50,611 bases of DNA from Acidobacteriaceae bacterium (GCA_027343585.1 DAHWKP010000159.1:1-50611); one strand, 5' to 3'. Shown: positions 28,355-39,704, numbered from the stretch's first letter. A program made the numbers and translations. The notes: generated by a model not told the origin, from the sequence alone.

Positions 28355-28850
28355 ACGCAAGCGGGTTCTGCTGCACGCTTGGATTCCAGCGGCGATCTGC
28401 GCACTGCTAATCGCCATCTCTTCGAGCGATGCGTTTTCAGCCAGCAACACCAGTCACCTGCTGCGACCGCTGCTGGAAAAAATCTTCGGGCCTTTTCAGG
28501 ATCACACTTGGAAAGTACTACTTTTCAGCATTCGCAAAGTGGGACATTTCTTTGCCTATGGCACGGTCAGCGTGGTCTATTTTCGCGCCTGGCGCATGAC
28601 CTTCCGCCTGAACCGCGCCTACTCTGCCCTGTCGGCAACACTGCGCGCGGCAGCCGTGGCGTTACTCTCCACGCTGGTGCTCTCTGGCTTGGATGAATTT
28701 CACCAGAGCTTTTTGCCACAACGCACTGGATCCCCGTTTGATGTGCTGCTGGACATGTGCGGCGCAATCACCTGCCAGTTAATCGTCTTCGCCTTTTTCA
28801 GCCACTTACTAGAACTGCAGGTTACATCCCGTCCTGACGAAGTGATGTAA
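28344..28850 (+). CDS. VanZ family protein
   Basis: The ATG at 28344 ([10 protein letters not shown]...) overlaps the guaB 3' end by 11 nt in another frame. Four TM helices and the [21 protein letters not shown] motif are typical of VanZ. The upstream part of the track ORF lies inside guaB. Confidence 0.7.
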   Translation: MLSKRKRVLLHAWIPAAICALLIAISSSDAFSASNTSHLLRPLLEKIFGPFQDHTWKVLLFSIRKVGHFFAYGTVSVVYFRAWRMTFRLNRAYSALSATLRAAAVALLSTLVLSGLDEFHQSFLPQRTGSPFDVLLDMCGAITCQLIVFAFFSHLLELQVTSRPDEVM

Positions 28851-28880
28851 CCTGGCGCACGCAACACTCCCAGAACGAAC

Positions 28881-29807
28881 TTATTGCACCGCTGATTCCG
28901 TAGTCTCACTGCGTAGTTTGTCCCAGCGCTCGGAACCGAAACGTTGAAAGATGGCCTTCGGACTGAGCGCATTGGGAAATCCCAGCGGCTCGCGGGAGGT
29001 GCGCACCTCGGCCAGCACTTCATCGCAACGTGCTATCAATGTTCCCAACAACAGGTCCGAGAGCAGCACGGCACGGTAGCCCATCTCCGCAACTTGATCC
29101 AGCGACAGCAGCGGACTCTTGCCGCCCACCAGAACGTTCAACACACACGGCCCGCCGACGCGCTGCGGTACCGAGCGCAATTGTTCGACGGTGACGGGAG
29201 CCTCGACCAAAGCCATGGTCGCCCCCACCTCCAACGCAGCATTGGCGCGCTCTAATGCCGCCTCAAATCCGAGGACTCCGTTGGCGTCCGTGCGCGCGAT
29301 GATGACAAAGTCTTCGCTCTGGCGCGCATCGACTGCCGCGCGAATCTTGCTCAGGTATGCTTCTTGCGAAATCACCTGCTTCTGGTCGAGATGGCCGCAC
29401 TTCTTGGGGAAAACTTGATCTTCAACATGAATGCCCGCGACGCCGTGGCGCTCATACTCACGCACGGTGCGGGTCATGTTCAGTTCATTTCCATAGCCGG
29501 TGTCGGCATCAGCGATGATGGGAATCTCCACCGAGTCTGCCATGGCAGAAGCATTGGCGACCATCTCCGACATGGTGGCCAGCCCATAATCCGGCAGTCC
29601 GAGACGACTGACGGAGGTGCCCATGCCCGTCATGTAGATCGCGGAGTACCCCGCACGCTCAACCGCCTTCGCCGTCAGGCAATCATAGGCACCCGGTGCC
29701 ACCAGAAAATTTTCCCGTTCCAAGGCCGTACGCAAACGGCTCGCTGCTCGCATCGCCAACTCCATCCTCTTCTCAATCGATTCGGGAACGTCCGCCCACT
29801 TTGGCAA
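28881..29807 (-). CDS. isocitrate lyase / PEP mutase superfamily enzyme (methylisocitrate lyase / oxaloacetate decarboxylase-like)
   Basis: APGAYDCLTAKAVERAGYSAIYMTGMG, IIADADTGYG and GIHVEDQVFPKKCGH match the ICL/PEPM superfamily signature region. Confidence 0.8.
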   Translation of the reverse strand: MPKWADVPESIEKRMELAMRAASRLRTALERENFLVAPGAYDCLTAKAVERAGYSAIYMTGMGTSVSRLGLPDYGLATMSEMVANASAMADSVEIPIIADADTGYGNELNMTRTVREYERHGVAGIHVEDQVFPKKCGHLDQKQVISQEAYLSKIRAAVDARQSEDFVIIARTDANGVLGFEAALERANAALEVGATMALVEAPVTVEQLRSVPQRVGGPCVLNVLVGGKSPLLSLDQVAEMGYRAVLLSDLLLGTLIARCDEVLAEVRTSREPLGFPNALSPKAIFQRFGSERWDKLRSETTESAVQ

Positions 29808-29917
29808 GACAGCCGTGCCACTAGAATAATCCCATTGCTTTCAGGGCGTTTTCTAATTAGACGCAGCAGGGGAACAAATGGAGCGTTTCCCCCATGAAAA
29901 TTCGGTAAATTCCCTTC

Positions 29918-29946
29918 TTGACTGGGAAAAGCCCTTCCTGTACAGT
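29918..29946 (+). promoter_or_regulatory. candidate sigma70-type promoter for the met leader (TTGACT-N17-TACAGT)
   Basis: -35 TTGACT at 29918-29923, a 17-nt spacer, and -10 TACAGT at 29941-29946. This would give a very short 5' UTR before the leader ATG at 29958. Confidence 0.3.
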
Positions 29947-29957
29947 ACTTGCAGGTT

Positions 29958-30047
29958 ATGAAGCAAACAATCCAGCTCATGTCGATGTCGATGCGGATGC
30001 CAATGTGCATCCGTGGGCGGCTTCCTCTGGGCTTGCAACTGGCGTAA
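29958..30047 (+). CDS. candidate Met-rich leader peptide (29 aa) of the metY-metX operon
   Basis: Manual translation: MKQTIQLMSMSMRMPMCIRGRLPLGLQLA, ending in tandem stops TAA TAG. Five ATG codons at 29979, 29985, 29991, 29997 and 30003. Too short for the supplied track. Confidence 0.45.
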   Translation: MKQTIQLMSMSMRMPMCIRGRLPLGLQLA

Positions 30048-30074
30048 TAGACAAAGCAGCAGAGTAACAAGCGA

Positions 30075-30110
30075 CCCACGGCTCCACCGACCGAGCGTGG
30101 GTTTTGTTTT
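30075..30110 (+). terminator. intrinsic terminator / attenuator upstream of metY
   Basis: cccacg(g)ctc-caccgacc-gagcgtggg stem (9 bp with one bulge) followed by TTTTGTTTT (30102-30110). It lies 53 nt upstream of the metY ATG. Confidence 0.6.
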
Positions 30111-30153
30111 GCCCGGAAGAAATTGGAAACTGAGAAAAACTTCACAGCACTAG

Positions 30154-31488
<1,335 letters not shown>

Positions 31489-31497
31489 AGGATGGTC

Positions 31498-32646
31498 ATG
31501 GCAAAACCCACTCCATTGGCGCTCCAGCCCGACGTGGAAGCAGATTTTCTGCTGAACGGCGGAGCGCCGTTTGCGCTTGAATCCGGGGCAAACTTGCCAC
31601 AGGCTTCGCTGCGCTACGTGCAATATGGCCACCTGAACGCCGCGCGCGACAACGCCGTGCTGCTCTGCCATGGGCTGAGCGGCTCTGCGCGCGTGGCCGA
31701 CTGGTGGAGCGAGATGTTTCTGGACGGCCATCCGCTGGACCCGAAGACGCATTGCATTCTCGGCGTCAACGCGCTTGGCTCCTGCTATGGCTCGACCGGG
31801 CCTGCTTCAACCAATCCTGAAACCGGCGTACCGTACGGTCCGGATTTTCCTGTGGTCAGCATCCGCGACATCGTGCGCGGGCAGGCGCAATTGATGGATC
31901 ATCTGGGCATTCACCGGCTGCGCGCCGTCATCGGCCCCTCGATCGGCGGCATGCAAGCGTTGCAATGGGCGGTGGATTATCCAGAGCGCGTTGCCAACTG
32001 CTTCGCCACGGGAGCCACACCGCTTTCCGCCATGGGGCTGGCGCTGAATCACCTACAGCGGCAGAGCATTTATCTGGACCCGGCGTGGAAGGGTGGGAGA
32101 TACGCGCCCGACCAGCAACCTGCGGGCGGCTTGTCGCTGGCGCGCGGCATTGCGAGCTGCACCTATAAATCGCCGGAGTTGTTTAGCGAGCGCTTTGGAC
32201 GCAGGTTCAATCGCACGGGAAATGAAGACCCAACGCTCAACATGAGCGCGCGCTATGACGTGGCCGGATACCTGGACTATCAGGGACGCATCTTCATCGA
32301 CCGCTTCGATGCCAACAGCTACATTGCCATCACGCGATCGATGGATAACTTTGACCTGGCGCGGGGCTACGCCAACGAACAAGAAGCGCTGCGCAGAATT
32401 CAGGCGCGCGTCTTGCTGGCCGGCATCTCTTCGGATTGGCTCTTCCCCGCAGCCGACATTCAAGACTTGGCCAATCGCTGCCGCCGCGCCGGTGTGCATT
32501 GCAATTATGTAGAAGTGCAATCGCACCACGGCCACGACGCTTTTCTAGCCGAGGCCGAAAGCTGGCGCGCGTTTGTGGAGTTTGTTGTACGCGATCCGTT
32601 GAGCACGCGCACCGATGCTCCTTTCACATTGCAGACCACCCACTAG
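31498..32646 (+). CDS. metX: homoserine O-acetyltransferase
   Basis: Alpha/beta hydrolase with nucleophile elbow GPSIGGMQALQW and a C-terminal HGHDAFL catalytic His region. The ATG at 31498 has better AAGGA spacing, and 31492 is an alternative start. Confidence 0.9.
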   Translation: MAKPTPLALQPDVEADFLLNGGAPFALESGANLPQASLRYVQYGHLNAARDNAVLLCHGLSGSARVADWWSEMFLDGHPLDPKTHCILGVNALGSCYGSTGPASTNPETGVPYGPDFPVVSIRDIVRGQAQLMDHLGIHRLRAVIGPSIGGMQALQWAVDYPERVANCFATGATPLSAMGLALNHLQRQSIYLDPAWKGGRYAPDQQPAGGLSLARGIASCTYKSPELFSERFGRRFNRTGNEDPTLNMSARYDVAGYLDYQGRIFIDRFDANSYIAITRSMDNFDLARGYANEQEALRRIQARVLLAGISSDWLFPAADIQDLANRCRRAGVHCNYVEVQSHHGHDAFLAEAESWRAFVEFVVRDPLSTRTDAPFTLQTTH

Positions 32647-32660
32647 AGCTACATTCCCAC

Positions 32661-32697
32661 CTTAGCCGCAAACGAGCGCGGCTAGGATGGGCCAACC
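32661..32697 (+). repeat. stem-loop plus AGGATGGG box downstream of metX (resembles elements at 26.4-26.6 kb)
   Basis: tagccgc-(8-nt loop)-gcggcta at 32663-32684, followed immediately by ggatgggccaacc. Confidence 0.3.
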
Positions 32698-32727
32698 GAA
32701 GTTCTTCTATGAAATTGAAATGAAAAC

Positions 32728-32751
32728 GGGCACAGACCGAAGTCTGTGCCC
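32728..32751 (-). terminator. intrinsic terminator after rplQ (possibly bidirectional, also downstream of metX)
   Basis: Perfect 10-bp stem gggcacagac-cgaa-gtctgtgccc. On the minus strand it is followed by GTTTTCATTTCAATTTC. Confidence 0.7.
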
Positions 32752-32777
32752 GTAGTTCTTGCGCGGATGAGCGGAAC

Positions 32778-33242
32778 TTATTCCTTGTCGCCGCTCTCTT
32801 CGCTTTCCTTCATGGACGCGGCCACGGCATCGCGACGCTTCTGCCGGGCATTGGCGCTCTTTTGGCGCTTTTCGTCCAAGTGCTTTTCTGCTCCGAGCAA
32901 TTCGACAAAGGCGATTTCCGCTCCGTCTCCTTTTTGAAAGCCCGCGCGCAGAATGCGCAGATAACCGCCGTTGCGCTCGCCGTAGCGGGGCGCGACGGTA
33001 TCAAAGAGCCGCGTGACAGCTTCGCCCGTCTGCAGATAGGACAGTGCCTGTCTGCGTGCGTGCAAATCGCCGCGCTTGCCCAGTGTGATCATTCGTTCCA
33101 CTTCCGGACGGGCCGCCTTGGCTTTGGTGATGGTGGTCTGGACGCGATCCTCCAGAAGAATAGACGTAACCAGGTTGCGCAGCATGGCGCGGCGGTGGCT
33201 GGTGTTTCGTCCTAGTTTGAATCCTGCATTGCGATGACGCAT
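32778..33242 (-). CDS. rplQ: 50S ribosomal protein L17
   Basis: MRHRNAGFKLGRNTSHRRAMLRNL is a canonical L17 N-terminus. It follows rpoA and has a charged C-terminal extension. Confidence 0.95.
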   Translation of the reverse strand: MRHRNAGFKLGRNTSHRRAMLRNLVTSILLEDRVQTTITKAKAARPEVERMITLGKRGDLHARRQALSYLQTGEAVTRLFDTVAPRYGERNGGYLRILRAGFQKGDGAEIAFVELLGAEKHLDEKRQKSANARQKRRDAVAASMKESEESGDKE

Positions 33243-33293
33243 GGCCAATCTCTCTCAGTTCGAATTCTTCAGTTCAAAAAAATTGCAGTGGAG

Positions 33294-34412
33294 TTAGAAA
33301 CTCTCCGCATCGTCCTTCGTCGCCAGTGCTTCGTCGTCGAAGTCCTCTTCTTCATCTTCATCATCCTCAAACCGGACAGCGCCGCTCAAAACCGCTGCGG
33401 GCAGAATGCTGGTCGGGCCTGGGACTGGGTTGCCGCTCTCGTCGATCCGCATTCCCAACGACAGACCCATCTGCGCCAGGATTTCTTTGATCTCGTTCAG
33501 CGACTTGCGACCAAAATTCTTGGTCTTGAGCATTTCGGCTTCGGTCTTCTGCACCAGTTCGCCGATGGTCTGGATGTTGGCATTCTTCAGGCAGTTGTAG
33601 CTGCGCACAGAAAGCTCCAACTCTTCGACCGAACGGTTCAGATTGTCATTGCCGTGCAGTCCGCTGCCAGTGTCGCCAGCGCTGCCGGCCTCAATCTCTT
33701 CTTCAAAGTTGATGAAGATGCTCATGTGGTCCTTGAGCAGCTTGGCGGCAAGGCCAATCGCGTCGGCTGGCAGAATGCTGCCATTCGTCCAAACCTCCAA
33801 CGTCAGCTTGTCGTAGTCAGTGATCTGCCCCAAGCGGGCTGCGTCCACCGTGTAGTTGACCTTGCGCACGGGCGAGTGTACCGAGTCGACCGGGATAAAG
33901 CCAATACCCAAATCGGCGTCGAAGTTTTTGTCCGCAGAGACGTAGCCGCGCCCGCGATTCAAGCGCATCTCCATGTCCAGCTTGCCGCCTTCGCTCACCG
34001 TGGCTATATACACATTCTTGTCGAGGATCTCCACGTCACCGTCGGCTTCAATCATGCCAGAGGTAACGATGCCCGGCTGATCGGCACGCAGATAAATGGC
34101 CTTGGGGCCTTCGCCGTTCAGCTTAAAGGGAACCTGCTTCAAATTCAGAATCAGGTCGGTTGCGTCTTCCACCACACCGGGCAGTGCCTGAAACTCATGC
34201 AGCACGCCTTCCACGCGCACAGCGGTCACCGCCGCGCCTTCGATTGAGGAGAGCAGCACGCGCCGCAGGGCATTGCCTACCGTGGTGCCGAATCCGCGCT
34301 CAAAGGGCTGCGCGCTGAACTTGCCATATTTCTCGGTGAGTGTCTCCACGTCCACAGAGAGACGCTTCGGTTTTTGAAATCCTCGCCACAACATAGGTGT
34401 AATCTCCTGCAC
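33294..34412 (-). CDS. rpoA: DNA-directed RNA polymerase subunit alpha
   Basis: [20 protein letters not shown] in the N-terminal domain, and a C-terminal domain with [16 protein letters not shown] (the helix-hairpin-helix region). It has an acidic C-terminal tail. Confidence 0.95.
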   Translation of the reverse strand: MQEITPMLWRGFQKPKRLSVDVETLTEKYGKFSAQPFERGFGTTVGNALRRVLLSSIEGAAVTAVRVEGVLHEFQALPGVVEDATDLILNLKQVPFKLNGEGPKAIYLRADQPGIVTSGMIEADGDVEILDKNVYIATVSEGGKLDMEMRLNRGRGYVSADKNFDADLGIGFIPVDSVHSPVRKVNYTVDAARLGQITDYDKLTLEVWTNGSILPADAIGLAAKLLKDHMSIFINFEEEIEAGSAGDTGSGLHGNDNLNRSVEELELSVRSYNCLKNANIQTIGELVQKTEAEMLKTKNFGRKSLNEIKEILAQMGLSLGMRIDESGNPVPGPTSILPAAVLSGAVRFEDDEDEEEDFDDEALATKDDAESF

Positions 34413-34558
34413 GGCAAACGTCGCGAAGCATTCTGCAACGGCCGCGCCTGTTCTCCTTCAATCGATTGGAATGCCGCACGAAGCGGCATCTTCTGCATCC
34501 GGCGTCTGCGCGGGGCAAACGCCGGAGTCTCACTGGGGCGACCCGAACAGCGCCGCGC

Positions 34559-35194
34559 CTACTTGCTGTACAACTCGACGATCAACTGCTCGTTGACCGG
34601 CAACTGAATATCTTCGCGCTTCGGCAGCGAGAGCACCTTGCCGCTCAGGCTATTGCGGTCGATGGTCAGCCAGTTGGGCGCGTGGCCCTGACCGCTGTAC
34701 TCGGACGCAGTGGCGAAGATGGGCAGGCTTTTGCTGCCTTCGCGAACGCGAATCTCATCGCCCACGCTCACTTGGAACGAGGGAATGTTCACCTTGCGGC
34801 CATTCACTTCGACGTGGCCGTGGCGCACAACTTGGCGTGCCTGACGGCGCGAAATGGCAAAGCCCAAACGAAAGGCAACGCTGTCCAAGCGGCGCTCCAA
34901 CTGCTGCAATAGCAATTCGCCGGTGACGCCTGGGGCGCGGCTGGCCTTTTCGTAGTACGCGCGGAACTGACCCTCTTGGGCGAAGTACATGCGCTTGGCC
35001 TTCTGCTTTTCTCTCAACTGCAAGCCATAGCCAACAATCTTGGCCTTGCCCTTGCGATCGCGGCCATGCTGGCCGGGCACAAAGTTGCGCCGTTCAATGG
35101 CGCACTTGTCAGAAAAGCACTTGGGGCCTTTCAAAAATAGCTTGACGCCTTCACGACGGCAAAGACGACAGACGGGTCCTGTGTAACGAGCCAA
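34559..35194 (-). CDS. rpsD: 30S ribosomal protein S4
   Basis: [23 protein letters not shown] is a canonical S4 start. Length is 211 aa. Confidence 0.95.
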   Translation of the reverse strand: MARYTGPVCRLCRREGVKLFLKGPKCFSDKCAIERRNFVPGQHGRDRKGKAKIVGYGLQLREKQKAKRMYFAQEGQFRAYYEKASRAPGVTGELLLQQLERRLDSVAFRLGFAISRRQARQVVRHGHVEVNGRKVNIPSFQVSVGDEIRVREGSKSLPIFATASEYSGQGHAPNWLTIDRNSLSGKVLSLPKREDIQLPVNEQLIVELYSK

Positions 35195-35327
35195 TGGAGT
35201 CTCCTAGGTGCTGGGGCCGATCGGTTTACGGGTGGCAACCCTTCGTCCCGATCCGCAAATATACAGTCTGCAGCGCGCCCATCCACCCTTGCGGGGCAAT
35301 GGACGCGCCAAGGTTTATTTTACCGCG

Positions 35328-35750
35328 TTAGACGCGGCGGCGCTTGGGTGGACGGCAACCGTTGTGCGGCACCGGCGTCACGTCACGAATGGAGCGCACC
35401 TCAATGCCCGCCGTTCCCAGGGCGCGAATCGCCGACTCACGACCGGAGCCGGGACCGCTGACGCGCACATCCACCACGCGCAGGCCATGCTCGCGCGCTT
35501 GGTTGGCTGCGTTGACCGCTGCCTGCTGCGCGGCAAAGGGAGTGCCCTTGCGCGAGCCACGGAAGCCCAGCGAGCCAGAGCTTTTCCACGAGATCGTGTT
35601 GCCCTGTCCGTCGGTGATGGTCACAATGGTGTTGTTGAACGTCGCCTGAATGAACACCAAACCATAGGGAACATTCTTGCGTTCGCGCTTCTTGAACTTT
35701 TTGTTTTTGGCGGCCTTGCCGGCAGCGCCCGATGCTTGTGCTTTTGCCAT
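35328..35750 (-). CDS. rpsK: 30S ribosomal protein S11
   Basis: [14 protein letters not shown]...[11 protein letters not shown]. There is a 1-nt stop/start overlap with rpsM. Confidence 0.95.
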   Translation of the reverse strand: MAKAQASGAAGKAAKNKKFKKRERKNVPYGLVFIQATFNNTIVTITDGQGNTISWKSSGSLGFRGSRKGTPFAAQQAAVNAANQAREHGLRVVDVRVSGPGSGRESAIRALGTAGIEVRSIRDVTPVPHNGCRPPKRRRV

Positions 35751-36136
35751 TAGGTCTTCGCCGTCGCTTTCTTCTTGTTGGATACCGTGCCCTTGCGCGG
35801 ACCTTTGCGGGTACGAGCATTGGTGTGCGAGCGCTGGCCGCGAACCGGCAGGTTCTTGCGGTGGCGCAAACCACGGTAGGATTGAATCTCAATCAGGCGC
35901 TTGATGTTCAACGAGACATCCTTGCGCAGGTCCCCTTCCACCTGGCCTTCGCTCTCGATGACCTGGCGGATGCGGTTCAACTCATCCTCGCTCAAGTCCT
36001 GCATCTTTTTCATCGGCTCCACGCTGGCTGCGGTCAAAATCCGCTGCGCGCGTGCGTCGCCAATGCCGAAAATGTACGTCAGCGCGATGCGTACCTGCTT
36101 ATTCCGCGGTAGATCCACGCCTGCAATACGTGCCAT
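35750..36136 (-). CDS. rpsM: 30S ribosomal protein S13
   Basis: [13 protein letters not shown] from the internal ATG at 36136. The track start at 36166 adds 10 non-canonical residues. Confidence 0.95.
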   Translation of the reverse strand: MARIAGVDLPRNKQVRIALTYIFGIGDARAQRILTAASVEPMKKMQDLSEDELNRIRQVIESEGQVEGDLRKDVSLNIKRLIEIQSYRGLRHRKNLPVRGQRSHTNARTRKGPRKGTVSNKKKATAKT

Positions 36137-36303
36137 ACTGTACCCTTCTTTTGCTTGCCACGCCACGGCTTGGCCATGGGGAGGCGGTGTTGGCTGCGGG
36201 CGGTTGCCCGTATCCGCAGCGGTGAATGGATTCCAGCGGGTTCATCGCAAGCCTTTCTACGGCTAACTAGCCCGATGGACTCCAGCGCAAACGCGCCCTA
36301 GCC

Positions 36304-36417
36304 TTAGCCCTGGCGCTGCTTGTGCTTGGTGTTTTCGCAGATCACGCGTACCACCCCGCGGCGGTGCACAATCTTGCATTTGTCACAAATCTTCTTGACC
36401 GAAGCTCGAACTTTCAT
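36304..36417 (-). CDS. rpmJ: 50S ribosomal protein L36
   Basis: Not in the track because it is only 37 aa. Manual translation gives [37 protein letters not shown]. Confidence 0.95.
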   Translation of the reverse strand: MKVRASVKKICDKCKIVHRRGVVRVICENTKHKQRQG

Positions 36418-36462
36418 ATACTCAACCACCCTTTGTCTTTCCCTACAATGCTGCGTGTCCGG

Positions 36463-36681
36463 CTAGCGATAGCGAAACACGATGCGTCCGCGGTTCAGAT
36501 CATACGGACTCAGCTCCACGGCAACCTTGTCGCCCGGCAGAATGCGGATAAAGTTCTTCCTCATGCGCCCAGAGACATGCGCCAATACCTGGTGCTTGTT
36601 CTCCAGCTCCACCCGGAACGTCGCGTTGGGCAAGGTCTCGATGACCGTTGCCATTACCTCAATTGCATCTTCCTTCGACAA
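36463..36681 (-). CDS. infA: translation initiation factor IF-1
   Basis: [28 protein letters not shown]...[24 protein letters not shown] is a canonical IF-1 sequence. Confidence 0.95.
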   Translation of the reverse strand: MSKEDAIEVMATVIETLPNATFRVELENKHQVLAHVSGRMRKNFIRILPGDKVAVELSPYDLNRGRIVFRYR

Positions 36682-36753
36682 TCGGTGTCCTGCTTCCGGT
36701 TCGCGCTGGCGAACCTGAACTCCTGTTGCGTTGGCTCCCTTGCGGGAAACTGT

Positions 36754-37503
36754 TTATGCGGTCAGCACCACGGCGCCATCCGCCGTCACTGCCACCGTGT
36801 GCTCAAAGTGCGCGCTTAGGCTGCCATCGACAGTCACTGCCGTCCAGCCATCTTCCAGCACGCGCACCTCTGCCTTACCCACATTCACCATCGGCTCAAT
36901 GGCGAGCACCATGCCCTCGCGTAGCTTGATGCCAATGCCGCGTCTGCCGTAATTCGGCACCTGCGGATCCTCATGCAGGCTGGTTCCAATCCCATGGCCT
37001 ACAAACTCCCGCACCACGCTGAAGCCCGCAGCCTCGACCACATCCTGCACCGCTGCGCCCACATCGCCCAAATGCGTCCCTGCACGGACGACTGCAATCG
37101 CACTGGCTAATGATGCCTCGGTCACGGACAGCAGCTTCTCCGCCTCTGGCGTCACTTTGCCCACAGGCACCGTCATCGCCGAGTCGGAATAATATCCGTC
37201 CAGAATCACGCCACAATCGACCGAAACAATATCGCCCGCGTGCAGCGTATTCTTCTTCGAGGGGATGCCATGCACCACCTCATGGTTCACCGAAGTGCAG
37301 AGCACTCGCGGATATCCGTGGTATCCCTTGAAAGCCGCCTTGCCGCCGGTTTCGGCAATCTTGGCCTCGGCCACCTGCTCCAAATCCATCGTGGTGCATC
37401 CCGGCTGCACCGCCGCCCGCACCGCATCCAACACCGCACGCAGAGCAATCCCACTCTGCCGCATCTTGGCAATCTCCTGCTGCGTGCGCACCACAATGGC
37501 CAT
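36754..37503 (-). CDS. map: type I methionyl aminopeptidase
   Basis: 249 aa with metal-ligand regions VVHGIP, DIVSVDCG, GHGIG and LAIEPM. It sits in the conserved position after adk. Confidence 0.95.
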   Translation of the reverse strand: MAIVVRTQQEIAKMRQSGIALRAVLDAVRAAVQPGCTTMDLEQVAEAKIAETGGKAAFKGYHGYPRVLCTSVNHEVVHGIPSKKNTLHAGDIVSVDCGVILDGYYSDSAMTVPVGKVTPEAEKLLSVTEASLASAIAVVRAGTHLGDVGAAVQDVVEAAGFSVVREFVGHGIGTSLHEDPQVPNYGRRGIGIKLREGMVLAIEPMVNVGKAEVRVLEDGWTAVTVDGSLSAHFEHTVAVTADGAVVLTA

Positions 37504-37509
37504 GGCGCG

Positions 37510-38274
37510 TTAACCTCGCAACCGAACAATGGACTGCATCAAACTTGCGCTCACCACATCCATCGTCTGCTCGCCATCCACCTCAACAAAACGCTTCAAA
37601 CCGCGATAGTGTTCCACCACCGGGGCAGTCTGCGATTCATAGGTGCGCAGACGTTCAGCAAAGACATCTTCCTGATCGTCGGCGCGCTGCACCAATTCCA
37701 CACCATCCACGTCGCAGCGGCCCGGCTGTTGCGGCGGCTGAAAGAAGATGTTGTAGATCCGGGAGCACCGCGGACAGGTGCGCCGTCCCGTTGTCCGGCG
37801 CATTAATGTAGTATAGCCAACCCGAACCATCCCAGCAATCACGGGCTGCGCCGCCCCGCTGGCAGCGGAGTCATTCTGCGCCGCCTCCAGCTTGCTGTCC
37901 AGCCATGTTGCCTGAGCCAACGTACGGGGAAATCCGTCTAATACATAGCCGCGCTGTGTGTCTGGTTGCGCCAAACGGTCCAGCACCAATTGCTCCACCA
38001 AGGCGTCTGAGACTAGCTTGCCTGCGTCCATGGCAGCGCGTACTTGTTGGCCGAGTGGTGAGTTCGCCTTGGCAGGATCGTTGCGCAAACCACGCAGAAT
38101 ATCGCCCGTGGAGATTTGCGGAATACTCCAAGCCGCCATGAGCGCCTTGGCCTGCGTACCCTTGCCTGCTCCGGGAGCGCCCAACAATAGAATGGGGCCG
38201 GGAGCCGCAAGCTGTGCGGATGCGTTGCCAGATGCGTGCCCGCTCAAATCCATCTCCTGCTGCGCCACCGGCAT
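37510..38274 (-). CDS. adk: adenylate kinase (Zn-lid type, with N-terminal extension)
   Basis: P-loop LLLGAPGAGKGTQ and a lid with CPRCSRIYN...CDVDG. The ATG at 38274 overlaps the secY stop by 1 nt (TAATG). The track ORF extends further into secY. Confidence 0.9.
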   Translation of the reverse strand: MPVAQQEMDLSGHASGNASAQLAAPGPILLLGAPGAGKGTQAKALMAAWSIPQISTGDILRGLRNDPAKANSPLGQQVRAAMDAGKLVSDALVEQLVLDRLAQPDTQRGYVLDGFPRTLAQATWLDSKLEAAQNDSAASGAAQPVIAGMVRVGYTTLMRRTTGRRTCPRCSRIYNIFFQPPQQPGRCDVDGVELVQRADDQEDVFAERLRTYESQTAPVVEHYRGLKRFVEVDGEQTMDVVSASLMQSIVRLRG

Positions 38275-39683
38275 TACCAGGAACGTCTCCCGCGAATGCG
38301 CGCACTCTTGCCGGAGAAGCTGTCGTAATGGCGCATAATAAGGTGCGCTTCGACCTTGTTGACGGTATCCATGGCCACGCCAACGACGATCAGCAGTGAA
38401 GTACCGCCGAAGTAGAAGTTGAAGCCCAGTCCGTTGGTCACCCAAGTCGGCAGGTTATCAAAGAACGGCCCCAGCAACCAGAGGTGATTGAGGTGAATGC
38501 CGCTGATGAGAATCTGCGGAATCAGGGAGACGATCACCAAATACACAGCGCCGATCAGCGTGATGCGCGTCAAAATATCGTTGACGAAATCTGCGGTACG
38601 CTTGCCGGGGCGAATGCCGGGGATGAATCCACCATACTTGCGCATGTTGTCGGCAATGTCATCCGGGCGGAAGATGATCGAAATATAGAAGTAGGCAAAG
38701 AAGATAATCGCGAGGATATAGAGCAGCTCATACCACGGCTCGCCTGCGCGCAATGCCTCAAAGATCGGGCCAAAGAAGCGGCTGTCATGGAAGGAGTAAC
38801 CGAAGACAGTGGCGTTGGCCATCAAGAGCGGCGCGGAGAGAATGGACGCGGCGAAGATGACCGGCATCACGCCACCGGAGTTGACGCGCAGCGGCAGATG
38901 CGTGGATTGACCGCCCATCAGGCGACGCCCCACGATGCGCTTGGCGTATTGCACAGGAATGCGACGCTCACTGCGCTCGACGAAGACGATGAAGGCCACA
39001 ACAGCGGCCATCATAAATATGAGCAACAACATGGCGGGAACAGTGAAGGCTCCCCATGCCTGCGTGTGAACTTTTTGGAAGAGATCTTCCACGCCACGCG
39101 GCAGACCGACAACGATACCGGCAAAGATGAGTAAGCTCATGCCCTCACCAATACCGCGATCTGTAATCTGCTCGCCCAGCCACATGATGAACGTGGTTCC
39201 CGTGGTCAGAGTCAAAACGGTCATCAGCACAAAACCAACGCCGGGATGTGTCACATACGGAACGCTGCTCGAACCATGCACCAGCGTCAAAGCAATGGCG
39301 AAGGATTGCACCACGCCGAGGCCAACCGTTAGATAGCGCGTCCACTGCGTGATCTTCTTGCGGCCCAGTTCGCCCTCTTTTTGCAGACGGGCCAGCGGCT
39401 CATAGACCACGCCCAGCAATTGGAAGATGATCGACGCGGTGATATACGGCATGATGCCAAGCGCAAATACCGTCAGCCGGCGCAGGTTGCCGCCGCTGAA
39501 CATATCCACCAAGCCGAGAGCGCTACCGCTCTGCTGTTGAAAGAACTGCTCCAGCAGTTGTGTGTTAATGCCAGGGGTGGGGATGTGTGAACCCAGCCGG
39601 TAGACAAACAGAATGCCCGCCGTGAAGAGAATACGGCTGCGCAGCTCTGGAATGCGAAAGATGTTGGCCAGTTTTTCCAGCAT
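38274..39683 (-). CDS. secY: preprotein translocase subunit SecY
   Basis: 469 aa with 10 TM helices. N-terminal LRSRILFTAGILFVYRLGSHIPTPG and GIMPYITASII are typical SecY motifs. Confidence 0.95.
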   Translation of the reverse strand: MLEKLANIFRIPELRSRILFTAGILFVYRLGSHIPTPGINTQLLEQFFQQQSGSALGLVDMFSGGNLRRLTVFALGIMPYITASIIFQLLGVVYEPLARLQKEGELGRKKITQWTRYLTVGLGVVQSFAIALTLVHGSSSVPYVTHPGVGFVLMTVLTLTTGTTFIMWLGEQITDRGIGEGMSLLIFAGIVVGLPRGVEDLFQKVHTQAWGAFTVPAMLLLIFMMAAVVAFIVFVERSERRIPVQYAKRIVGRRLMGGQSTHLPLRVNSGGVMPVIFAASILSAPLLMANATVFGYSFHDSRFFGPIFEALRAGEPWYELLYILAIIFFAYFYISIIFRPDDIADNMRKYGGFIPGIRPGKRTADFVNDILTRITLIGAVYLVIVSLIPQILISGIHLNHLWLLGPFFDNLPTWVTNGLGFNFYFGGTSLLIVVGVAMDTVNKVEAHLIMRHYDSFSGKSARIRGRRSW

Positions 39684-39704
39684 GGGTTCCCCTGCTTACT
39701 TCGG

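Noticed and set aside
38275-38445. Upstream 57 codons of the adk track ORF
   Set aside because: They overlap the 3' end of secY in another frame and are Arg/Gln/Tyr-rich. The ATG at 38274, coupled to the secY stop codon, is the sensible start.
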